NCBI GenBank assembly: GCA_944391615.1
Contig: CALXUE010000008.1
Span: 3,511-67,510 of the forward strand
DNA length: 64,000 nt
Reading direction: 5' to 3'
Source of the DNA: an uncultured Alphaproteobacteria bacterium
Lineage (GTDB): Bacteria; Pseudomonadota; Alphaproteobacteria; RF32; CAG-239
The stretch's first letter is position 1, and every line of letters starts with the position of its first letter. The position numbers and the translations under genes are program-made. This document shows positions 38,638 to 47,011 of this stretch, in pieces. The notes beneath the pieces are model-generated. The model had not been told where the DNA came from. It ran no database searches and was given only the letters and a program-made list of their open reading frames with translations.

Positions 38638-39090
38638 ATGGGTCAAAAAAAAGTCAAAAATTCTGCCCTCAGACAGCAGGAAGTTGAGTTTTCTAAGATA
38701 AATATTTTTCCTTGCCCGTATTTGAATTTGGTTCATGCTATTTTGCAGCGCGAGTTGGATGATTTGGTTTTGGATATTCCTTATAATTCTTCATCTTGGA
38801 ATAGGGCGCGACGCAGTCGATATTTGTATCTTCAATTGGCGAGAGGAAGGGCTTTTTCTTTTTTCTTTAGTGAGCATTCTCAGCATTTTCGGGATTTTCT
38901 TTTTTGGTGTGATATGGGCGGTTTCGATTATAAACAATGGCAAAATAAAGCTTTGTTGGTGGTGGCTCAGCGCATTTTGGACGATCCGTTGTATTTTGAA
39001 AAAGTGGTGCAGCGTTTGGTTTCAAAAAATACTGTGTTAAGACTCAAAGAAGTTGTTTCTTTGCTCTTGAAGAATGTTACCATTCATTAG
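38638..39090 (+). CDS. hypothetical protein
   Basis: A 150-aa ORF with GGGAG before ATG 38638. The upstream part of track ORF 38443 crosses the operators and heptamers and is probably non-coding. Confidence 0.5.
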   Translation: MGQKKVKNSALRQQEVEFSKINIFPCPYLNLVHAILQRELDDLVLDIPYNSSSWNRARRSRYLYLQLARGRAFSFFFSEHSQHFRDFLFWCDMGGFDYKQWQNKALLVVAQRILDDPLYFEKVVQRLVSKNTVLRLKEVVSLLLKNVTIH

Positions 39091-39102
39091 GATGTGTGAT
39101 TG

Positions 39103-39492
39103 ATGCGTCGAAATATTAATCTTATTAAACGAGATTTGGAGTTTGCTGCGGATGTTATGCGGCGACTCCCTCCGATTAAAATGCAGCAGGTTCGATCCTC
39201 TTGGCCAAGACTTGTGTATACGGCTGACGAGCTCGAGGCTCAGAAGCCTTTGCCGGTTTATTTCCATCCTACGGCTCAAGAAATTGATAAAATGTATAAA
39301 ATTTTGGATTGGTATAAATGTTTGGATGCCTTTGAAACCAAGCTTGTGTGGAAACGTTCTTGCCATGTGCCGTGGAAAATTATGCAACTTAAACTCCGCC
39401 AACATCGCTCAACCTTGTATGCAAAATATATGCAGTCGTTAATTAAAATTCAGTTATATTTGGATATGTCCCAAAGCTTCGCTGTGGATTAA
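39103..39492 (+). CDS. hypothetical protein
   Basis: A 129-aa basic ORF immediately after the previous gene. Confidence 0.5.
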   Translation: MRRNINLIKRDLEFAADVMRRLPPIKMQQVRSSWPRLVYTADELEAQKPLPVYFHPTAQEIDKMYKILDWYKCLDAFETKLVWKRSCHVPWKIMQLKLRQHRSTLYAKYMQSLIKIQLYLDMSQSFAVD

Positions 39493-39616
39493 TGCATTTT
39501 GCAAATTGCTATCATGAATGGATTGTGGCAACGTTATAGACGGTATATGTTAATTATGTTTTTTTATTACTACACAATTCGGACTTTTAGCTTTGTGTTG
39601 ATGAATTGAGGGATAT

Positions 39617-41968
39617 ATGGCTAAGAAAACTCAGACTTTTCCGGTGTTGCCGTTGCGTGACATCGTGGTCTATCCGAAAATGATTGTTCCTTTGTTTGTG
39701 GGGCGCTCTAAGTCTATTCGCGCTTTGCAAAAGGTGGTCGACAGCGACTCTGCCGTGGTCTTGTTGACGCAAAAAGATGCTGCCGTGGAGGATCCTGATT
39801 TTGATGATATTTATCATGTCGGTACGTTAGGGTCGGTTTTGCAGATGCTAAAACTGCCTGATGGAACCATGAAGGTTTTGATTGAGGGAATCCGCCGCGT
39901 TAAGGTTGAAAAGTTTTTGCCTAATGAGGACTTTATTGAAGCTGATGTGAGCGACCTTAAGGAAAGCGAACATAAAAGTATGGAACAAGAGGCTCTGGCT
40001 CGCGCCGTGGTTTCTCAGTTTGAAGAATATGTTAAACTTTCTAAAAAAACGCCGCCTGAGGTGTTGGCCTCGGTTAACCAGATTGAGGATTATAGCAAAC
40101 TTGCTGATACCATTGCCTCGCATCTGTCTCTTAAGGTGGCTGAAAAGCAAGAACTTTTGGAAGCTTCAACCCTTAAAACCAGATTTGAAAAAATCTTGAA
40201 CTTTATGAACGCGGAAATGACCTTGCTTGAGGTGGAAAACAAAATTAAAACCCGCGTTAAAAAGCAGATGGAAAAAAGCCAGAAAGAATATTATTTGAAT
40301 GAGCAAATGAAAGCTATTCAAAAAGAGCTGGGTGATGATGAGCAGGAAGAGTTTTCTCAGTATATGAAAAAAATTGAGAAAACCAAACTTAGTCCGGAAG
40401 CAAAAGAAAAAGCTACTGCCGAACTTAAAAAGCTCAAAACGATGGGGCCAATGTCCAGTGAAGCCACGGTGGTACGTAATTATTTGGACTGGTTGTTGGA
40501 TATTCCTTGGCAGAATCCATCAAAAGTTAACAAAGATTTGGAGCGCGCTAAAGAAATTTTGGACCGTGACCACTACGGTTTGGACAAAGTTAAAGAACGC
40601 ATTTTGGAATATTTGGCCGTGCAAGCCAGAGCTGACAAAGTAAAAGGGCCGATTTTGTGTTTGGTGGGGCCTCCGGGGGTGGGTAAAACCTCATTGGGGC
40701 GTTCTATTGCGGAAGCAACCGGCAGAAAGTTCGTCAGAACTTCTTTGGGCGGTATGCGTGATGAGGCTGAAATCAGAGGGCATCGAAGGACGTATATTGG
40801 TTCTATGCCCGGAAAAATTATTAAAGGTATGAAAAAAGCCGGAACTTCTAATCCGCTGTTTTTGCTCGATGAAATTGATAAATTGGGTAATGACTGGAGA
40901 GGAGATCCTAGTTCGGCCTTGTTGGAGGTTTTGGATCCGGAGCAGAACTCTGCTTTTAATGACCATTATCTTGAGGTCGATTATGATTTGTCGGATGTGA
41001 TGTTTATTACAACGGCTAACTCTTTGGATATGCCAAGGCCTTTGTTGGATAGAATGGAAATCATTCGTTTGTCAGGGTATACCGAAGAGGAAAAAATTCA
41101 GATTGCAAAGCAGCATTTGGTGCCGAAGATTTTGGCTGAAAATACCTTGAAACCCAAAGAACTTGAAATTTCTGATGATGCCATTCGCGATATTATTCGC
41201 TATTATACCAGAGAAGCCGGTGTGCGTAATCTGGAGCGTGAGTTGGCTAAAATTGCCCGCAAGGCCGTTAAGGAAATTATTATGGCTGAAGAGGCTAAGA
41301 GGTCATCGAAATCCAAGTCTAAAAAGACTGCAGTCAAAACCATAAAAGTTATGGCGAAAAACCTTAAAGATTATTTGGGGGTTATTCGTTATCGTTATGG
41401 TGAGGCTGAAGAAAGCGACCATATCGGCGTGACGACCGGTTTGGCTTGGACTGAAGTTGGCGGTGATATTCTCTTTATTGAAGCGGTGGATATGCCGGGG
41501 AAAGGAAAGGTTATTCAAACCGGTAAGCTTGGCGATGTGATGAAAGAGTCCATTGAAACTGCCTTTTCGGTGGTGCGTGCGCATTCAAAGTCTTTAGGAA
41601 TAGACCCTGAGGTTTTTGAAAAAACGGATGTTCACGTTCATGTTCCGGAAGGAGCCACGCCAAAAGACGGACCTTCGGCCGGTATTGCCATGTATACGAC
41701 TTTGGTTTCGGTGTTTACAAAAACGCCGGTGCGCAAAGATGTGGCTATGACCGGAGAAATCACGCTGCAAGGGCGTGTTTTGCCAATCGGCGGGTTGAAA
41801 GAAAAGCTCTTGTCAGCTTTGCGTGCCGGAATCAAAACAGTAATTATTCCGAAAGACAATGAAAAGGATTTAGCAGAAATCCCCGAGATTGTTACCAAGG
41901 AGATGAAAATCATTCCGGTTGAGGAGGTGAGTGAGGTTTTGAAAATCGCCTTACGTAAAAAGAAATAA
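39617..41968 (+). CDS. lon: ATP-dependent protease Lon (LonA)
   Basis: LON N-domain (PVLPLRDIVVYP), GPPGVGKTS Walker A, PKDGPSAG catalytic Ser region. 783 aa. Confidence 0.95.
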   Translation: MAKKTQTFPVLPLRDIVVYPKMIVPLFVGRSKSIRALQKVVDSDSAVVLLTQKDAAVEDPDFDDIYHVGTLGSVLQMLKLPDGTMKVLIEGIRRVKVEKFLPNEDFIEADVSDLKESEHKSMEQEALARAVVSQFEEYVKLSKKTPPEVLASVNQIEDYSKLADTIASHLSLKVAEKQELLEASTLKTRFEKILNFMNAEMTLLEVENKIKTRVKKQMEKSQKEYYLNEQMKAIQKELGDDEQEEFSQYMKKIEKTKLSPEAKEKATAELKKLKTMGPMSSEATVVRNYLDWLLDIPWQNPSKVNKDLERAKEILDRDHYGLDKVKERILEYLAVQARADKVKGPILCLVGPPGVGKTSLGRSIAEATGRKFVRTSLGGMRDEAEIRGHRRTYIGSMPGKIIKGMKKAGTSNPLFLLDEIDKLGNDWRGDPSSALLEVLDPEQNSAFNDHYLEVDYDLSDVMFITTANSLDMPRPLLDRMEIIRLSGYTEEEKIQIAKQHLVPKILAENTLKPKELEISDDAIRDIIRYYTREAGVRNLERELAKIARKAVKEIIMAEEAKRSSKSKSKKTAVKTIKVMAKNLKDYLGVIRYRYGEAEESDHIGVTTGLAWTEVGGDILFIEAVDMPGKGKVIQTGKLGDVMKESIETAFSVVRAHSKSLGIDPEVFEKTDVHVHVPEGATPKDGPSAGIAMYTTLVSVFTKTPVRKDVAMTGEITLQGRVLPIGGLKEKLLSALRAGIKTVIIPKDNEKDLAEIPEIVTKEMKIIPVEEVSEVLKIALRKKK

Positions 41969-41986
41969 TTATGTTGTGATATATTC

Positions 41987-42020
41987 AAAGCCCGTTCTTA
42001 AATGAACGGGCTTTGTCGTT
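41987..42020. terminator. rho-independent terminator between convergent genes
   Basis: AAAGCCCGTTC/GAACGGGCTTT 11-bp stem. Confidence 0.75.
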
Positions 42021-42037
42021 GGGGTGAATAGATAAAC

Positions 42038-42859
42038 CTAAAAAGCTAGGACTGGGCGAACGTAATAGTTAAAGTAGTAATCGTCCTTCTTGTGATAACG
42101 TGCACTGCCATCGTAAATGTACCATGCTTCGCCGTCCGAATACTCTGAAGAAGACCACATTGAACCCATCCAGCTTACTCCGCCGACTTTCCTTAATGTT
42201 ATAATCAAAACATCCACATTGTCATATATGGCATTCAACTCTCCAAAAGCCGGCAAGTACCAATCTCCGGCGGATGTTCCTTCTGTCTTATAGCTATTCA
42301 CATACTCAAATGCCGGACAGCTCTTGCCGTTTGCTTTGCAATATTCCAACACAATTTGCGTATTTTTCTTACCTTGCCAATCCGCTGTTACCGCCGATGA
42401 CGATGTTATATTACTCAACCCCGGAACATCAAACTCTGTTGTTGACCAATATAGGCTAGTGGGTGATTGCTCCAACCCTATTGCCAGTTTATTAGTGATG
42501 TCAAAAATAACGCCAATAGGCGTTTTAGACGCAACAACGTTGGTGTTACAGCTCATATCTGAGTACAAAATATCACCGATTTTGCAGTTTACCGTTGCAG
42601 TGTCTTTTGATAACTCATTAACTTTTGTTTCCAAGGTGGTTATCTTGTTGGTAAGACTGGTTATCTGCGTATTGAGTGAATTTATTTTGTTTATTGCATC
42701 GCAGTTCCAATAATTCCCCCACGGACACTTTGTTCCCCCTGAACAAGATGAGCTTGATGAATAGCCCAAAGATGAACAGCTTGGAGTTTGAATACAGGCA
42801 GCCTCCGCCACGCCACTTAGCAAAGCCAAAGCTGATGAATATAATAAAAATTTTCTCAT
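42038..42859 (-). CDS. secreted DUF1566-like domain protein with a Cys-rich N-terminus and a coiled coil
   Basis: Signal peptide MRKFLLYSSALALLSGVAEA (start ATG 42859, GGGAGA upstream). GDWYLPAFGELNAIY...WSSSEYSDGEAWY...YYVRPVLAF resembles the DUF1566 pattern. Confidence 0.65.
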   Translation of the reverse strand: MRKFLLYSSALALLSGVAEAACIQTPSCSSLGYSSSSSCSGGTKCPWGNYWNCDAINKINSLNTQITSLTNKITTLETKVNELSKDTATVNCKIGDILYSDMSCNTNVVASKTPIGVIFDITNKLAIGLEQSPTSLYWSTTEFDVPGLSNITSSSAVTADWQGKKNTQIVLEYCKANGKSCPAFEYVNSYKTEGTSAGDWYLPAFGELNAIYDNVDVLIITLRKVGGVSWMGSMWSSSEYSDGEAWYIYDGSARYHKKDDYYFNYYVRPVLAF

Positions 42860-42961
42860 AATCTTTCTCCCGTAGGCGGGGCCTACCGCCATCAATTTTG
42901 CATTGTGCCCAGACCACCGCTTTGTTAATAATTATTGTTTTTTTCCCTTTCTCTCTCGCCC

Positions 42962-43849
42962 TTATTCAAAAGCGCAGTAGTTGCAGTAATCGGTGCAATT
43001 TGTTTTGCAGCCCGAAACGACATATAAATTTGAACATTCTTCATACGTGCAGACCGTACACGGCGGACATTCACTTTCCGTTCCCAAGTTCGGGCAAGGT
43101 TTGCACTTGGAACACTTGACCTGATTTCCGCTTTGGCAGGTTGAAGCCCCATTATCACAACCTAAAGTTCCGCAATCCAAAAATCCGGAACAGTCTTTTT
43201 CTTTCACTCTGTATTTTTTGATTGCCGTGGTATTGTTGCCATCACATTGCACACAAGGCTCGCCTACCGCCTCATATCCGTCAGGAATTGAACCTAATGT
43301 ATATTTGTAATCAGCTCCGCAAGTGTCGATACAACATTCTGGGTATAAACCATTGCCGCAAACTTGCCCCGCACCTTTGTATGGGGATTTACACGTTTTA
43401 TAATCACTTGGACAATCGGGAATACATTTGGCATAGTAGCCATCCGCATACATACATTCTCCATCACCTTTATATCCATCTGGACAGTTGGTGACGGTAT
43501 AACCCTCTTTAATACAATCTTCCGGCCCTTTCTTGTCATATTCGTCCCCACCTCCCGAACCACCGGTTCCACCATTATTGCCGATATCCGAGTTTACAAA
43601 GTCCAAACCGGCGCAATCGCCCGTGTCCATAATCCAGCAGACTTGGGCAACCTTAACCAAAGATTTTTGATTTTTTGAAACTTGCTGTGGAGATAAACCT
43701 AGCTCAAGCGATAAATGTGTGTGAAGTGTGTTGAAAGGTATAACATCACTCAAGCCATATAACCTCAAAGAACTATCTGCACTTGCCGAACTTATGCCAC
43801 TGCACAAACCGACAAAAGTCACTGACACCAACAAAAAACGAGTCTTCAT
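42962..43849 (-). CDS. secreted cysteine-rich protein, paralog of 26005-27699
   Basis: The signal peptide and about the first 150 residues align with the paralog (VIPFN.LHTH, KVAQVCWIMDTGDC.GLDFV, KGPEDCI.EGYT). The C-terminus differs and is Cys-rich. Confidence 0.75.
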   Translation of the reverse strand: MKTRFLLVSVTFVGLCSGISSASADSSLRLYGLSDVIPFNTLHTHLSLELGLSPQQVSKNQKSLVKVAQVCWIMDTGDCAGLDFVNSDIGNNGGTGGSGGGDEYDKKGPEDCIKEGYTVTNCPDGYKGDGECMYADGYYAKCIPDCPSDYKTCKSPYKGAGQVCGNGLYPECCIDTCGADYKYTLGSIPDGYEAVGEPCVQCDGNNTTAIKKYRVKEKDCSGFLDCGTLGCDNGASTCQSGNQVKCSKCKPCPNLGTESECPPCTVCTYEECSNLYVVSGCKTNCTDYCNYCAFE

Positions 43850-43889
43850 GATAATAATCCTCAAAAATTACTTTATCTCCACGACTCGT

Positions 43890-43918
43890 ATTATACATCA
43901 AAAATAAAAAGCTGTAAA
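43890..43918 (-). promoter_or_regulatory. sigma70-like promoter of the Cys-rich paralog
   Basis: On the minus strand: TTTACA (43918-43913), 17-nt spacer, TATAAT (43895-43890). Confidence 0.6.
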
Positions 43919-43964
43919 TAGAAATTTTCAAGGTTTGACATGGGTTTCAGCGAATACTTTGCGC

Positions 43965-43990
43965 AAAAAAACTGCCCTTTCGGACAGTTT
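43965..43990 (-). terminator. rho-independent terminator ending the 48291-44022 operon
   Basis: On the minus strand: AAACTG-TCCGAAAGGG-CAGTTT followed by T-run. Confidence 0.6.
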
Positions 43991-44021
43991 GTATCTTCTT
44001 CTTTTTTGGGGAGAATCCATT

Positions 44022-45110
44022 TTATAATGATGGGGTGAAGTTAATTGTCGGATATAAATCTTGGGGGCAATAACTCTCTCCTCGGCAGTTTATGTTTTGA
44101 AAATCTTTTTCCCATTCTTGTATCTTTTTAGGTGTTTCCATTATTTTTTTGCCTTTGGGTGCGTAAAGAAAAATTTCTTCATATCCGCTTGCGCCTTTGC
44201 CTATATATCCTATCCATATTTCATTATCTTTCAGATAAAATGCGGCACGCTCTTCGTCCTTGTGGTTTTGCGGTATATAGGTGATGAATATATTTTCTTT
44301 ATTAGATCTGTCCACTCGTTCGCCCATTAGGCTTTCGTATTCTTCTAATCCTTGTTCTTCCATCCCGTTTTGCATTTTTTCAAAAGTTAAAAAACTTTCA
44401 AACGGAGAGCCGTATCTTCCTTGCGTTTGTTGATAATAAGCTTGTAAGTTGAAGTCTTTTCCTGATATTTTTTGGCTTAAAGCTTCGATAAAATCATGGT
44501 ATTTTTGTTTGAGGCATTGTGTTTCTGTTTGGCAAAAATTGCGCCCTTTTTCCCATTCTTTGATTAATTCTTTATTGAATTTGGCTTCAGCTTGCAGTTT
44601 TTGCGCCTCTCTATGCCCTAAACTTAGCAAGCGATTGCTGCATATTGCCGCTTCAGCATAAGTGTTTCTCTCATTATAGCAATCATAGCCTGTTTCATAG
44701 TATCCTTTTATATTTTGATTTTTGTATGCTCCGTCAACCATTGCACCTTGGGGGCATAACGTGCTGCAATTTTGCCCTCTGACTTGTATGGAGGTGTCTC
44801 CTTTTTGATTTATATCTATGATGCAATAAGATTGAGATATGAGTGGTGCTTCTAGAAAAATTTGTCCGCTGTTTTTATTAAGTTGTTTTAATTGGCCGCT
44901 AAATTCGCAAAAATCCAATCCTTTTCCTTGTTGAAAATGAAAATCGCAGGTGTTCTTGTGACAGTTCTTTATGGTGATATCTCTGCGAAATTCTCCTGCC
45001 ATTCTTCCGGCTATCCAGTCTCCTTCAAAGCTAAACGGCCTCTTGGCCTGTGCTATATTTATATTACCCAGACTTATAACCGCTGCCAATGTTAGGCCGA
45101 TTAGCTTCAT
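44022..45110 (-). CDS. exported protein of unknown function
   Basis: Signal peptide MKLIGLTLAAVISLGNINIAQA and several Cys pairs. The segment YDCYNERNTYAEAAICSNRLLSL is reminiscent of DUF1311/LprI-type motifs (tentative). AAGGA SD, 19 nt after the ParB-like gene. Confidence 0.55.
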   Translation of the reverse strand: MKLIGLTLAAVISLGNINIAQAKRPFSFEGDWIAGRMAGEFRRDITIKNCHKNTCDFHFQQGKGLDFCEFSGQLKQLNKNSGQIFLEAPLISQSYCIIDINQKGDTSIQVRGQNCSTLCPQGAMVDGAYKNQNIKGYYETGYDCYNERNTYAEAAICSNRLLSLGHREAQKLQAEAKFNKELIKEWEKGRNFCQTETQCLKQKYHDFIEALSQKISGKDFNLQAYYQQTQGRYGSPFESFLTFEKMQNGMEEQGLEEYESLMGERVDRSNKENIFITYIPQNHKDEERAAFYLKDNEIWIGYIGKGASGYEEIFLYAPKGKKIMETPKKIQEWEKDFQNINCRGESYCPQDLYPTINFTPSL

Positions 45111-45129
45111 TTGTGTCCTTTCTTTATCT

Positions 45130-45696
45130 TTAGAGTTCCCATGTGCGGGAGAATTCTTCGTTTTTGAATAATGCTGCCAAACCGGTGATTTGTTTTAATC
45201 TTAAAATTTCATCCGCAGACATGCCTATATTGCGTGCTATCCACGCATCACTCTTTTCTAACTCTAATAACTCTTTTACGATGTTGCTCATAAGGTCAAC
45301 GTTATGTGAACCTCTGGCGCGGTTGTGGCGAATCGTTGAGGCTATTCTCTCGCCTAAGTCTTTATCTATCACAACAACCGGAATTTTGCCGTTTTCGCGG
45401 TTGCGAATCCGGTCTGATATCAGCATCGTGGTATAACGGTGGAAGCCATCCACGATAATGTATTCATCCTTGGCCTTGTCGTGATAGCAGACTATGGGTT
45501 GGGTGAATCCATCTTCCCAGATGGATGTTTCAAGCAACTTCATCTCCGGTGGGGCAACCCTATTGGGGTTGTAGTCATTGGCTTTGACTTTTTCCAAAGG
45601 TACGGCTATGACATTATATACCGGACTGACAAACGGTTTTTCCTCCTTGGGTGCTTGAGGTTCTTCAAATAAATTTCCTTGTTTGTTGTCACTCAT
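45130..45696 (-). CDS. ParB/Srx-fold nuclease-like domain protein (IbrB/DndB-like, DGxHR motif)
   Basis: NPNRVAPPEMKLLETSIWEDGFTQPIV...YIIVDGFHRY. 188 aa, directly downstream of the PP-loop gene. Confidence 0.75.
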   Translation of the reverse strand: MSDNKQGNLFEEPQAPKEEKPFVSPVYNVIAVPLEKVKANDYNPNRVAPPEMKLLETSIWEDGFTQPIVCYHDKAKDEYIIVDGFHRYTTMLISDRIRNRENGKIPVVVIDKDLGERIASTIRHNRARGSHNVDLMSNIVKELLELEKSDAWIARNIGMSADEILRLKQITGLAALFKNEEFSRTWEL

Positions 45697-45709
45697 TTTT
45701 ATTTTCCTT

Positions 45710-47011
45710 TTACAGATTTCTGTATTTGTTCAAAAGTTCTTTTTCTCTTTCGGCCTGTTTCTTGGTTTGGGCAAATCCCATATATTTACATAAATGGTCG
45801 TTTTTTAATATGCAAACCGCCATCCTCTTCCATGAGGGAATGTCTATGGTCGATTTGATGTCATCGGTGTTGTCCGGTGTGCCCAAAAATCGAACTTGTT
45901 CTTTGACGCTGTGATAGGGGCTTGGGCCGTTCCTTTTGATTTTGTAGTTGCAAGCCTCAAGTTCTTCAATGGCTTTTTCATCAACAACACCGCCTCTGCG
46001 CCACCAAAATTTGATGGAGGTTTTGAATTTTTCGATATAATTCCTACGCATCTCATCGGGTAAGGTTGCCAACAAAAACTTCACGTATGAACGCCATGTG
46101 TGTCCTTTCGGTAAGGTAATTCTGCGCGAACCAAGCAATTTGGTGTTACCATACATGGCGCCAAAGTTGGCCCCTTGAACTCGACCGACAACTCTTACCC
46201 ATGTGTCTGGTTCCAAAACGCGGTATAAGTTTAAGCTTTCTTTGGCCGACTCGTGATATGGACTGGCAACTCTCATTTGGTTGATGGATAAGCCGGCTTT
46301 GTAAAAAAGATCATATATTTTATTGTAGTCAAATCCGAATTTGCCGTTGGCTATCCAGATATCTTTACAGGTCCAGTCGTACAAAAGATAGGCATTGTAC
46401 CAATTCTTTCCCATCTTGGTGGTCCATTGCTTGTGATCAAGCAAATCTTTGCGCGCATTGGCATAGGCGCGGTAACGGTTTAACGATTCGTCTGCGCGAA
46501 TCCCCAGCAAGCATACGGTTTTGCCTTTATGGGTTCTCGAGTACCAGTCTCCGAACTCGGCATATAAATCTTCCTGAACCATTTTGTATTCGTAAAAGTC
46601 AAACGGGTTGTTTTCTAAATTAATTATATAAGGCATTTTGGGCATTTCTCTTACCCATTTGTCTTTTTCATCCGGATCCCATGTGTACCAATACATTTGG
46701 TAATTGCTGACCGCACAGCGCGAACCCATCGGCAGGCAAACCCAATAGGGCTCGATGTCGGCCAAATTGTTTTCAAACATGCGGGTGACAAACTCGGTGG
46801 TTTGTTTGTATTGTGCCTCAAAGTCTTGATGAAATACGCCTATCTTTTTATCTATGTTGTATTTGCGTTTATAGTCTAACACCAAGTTTAGCAAAAGTCC
46901 GCTGTCTTTGCCGCCCGAAAATGATACATATATATTGTCAAAGTTCTCAAATATATATTTTATGCGTTCTTGCGTTGCCTCATATACACTCTTATCGAGG
47001 TATTTTTTCAT
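45710..47011 (-). CDS. phosphoadenosine phosphosulfate (PAPS) reductase family PP-loop ATP pyrophosphatase (IbrA/DndC-like)
   Basis: VSFSGGKDSGLLLNL PP-loop, about 430 aa. I prefer the start at ATG 47011, which overlaps the upstream stop as ATGA. The track start is 47047. Confidence 0.8.
   Translation of the reverse strand: MKKYLDKSVYEATQERIKYIFENFDNIYVSFSGGKDSGLLLNLVLDYKRKYNIDKKIGVFHQDFEAQYKQTTEFVTRMFENNLADIEPYWVCLPMGSRCAVSNYQMYWYTWDPDEKDKWVREMPKMPYIINLENNPFDFYEYKMVQEDLYAEFGDWYSRTHKGKTVCLLGIRADESLNRYRAYANARKDLLDHKQWTTKMGKNWYNAYLLYDWTCKDIWIANGKFGFDYNKIYDLFYKAGLSINQMRVASPYHESAKESLNLYRVLEPDTWVRVVGRVQGANFGAMYGNTKLLGSRRITLPKGHTWRSYVKFLLATLPDEMRRNYIEKFKTSIKFWWRRGGVVDEKAIEELEACNYKIKRNGPSPYHSVKEQVRFLGTPDNTDDIKSTIDIPSWKRMAVCILKNDHLCKYMGFAQTKKQAEREKELLNKYRNL

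Noticed and set aside
37333-39492. The CI-like repressor region could be the left end of the prophage at 49.7-64 kb.
   Set aside because: It is separated from the late region by the housekeeping lon gene and about 8 kb of unrelated accessory genes. I treat it as an independent small module or remnant.
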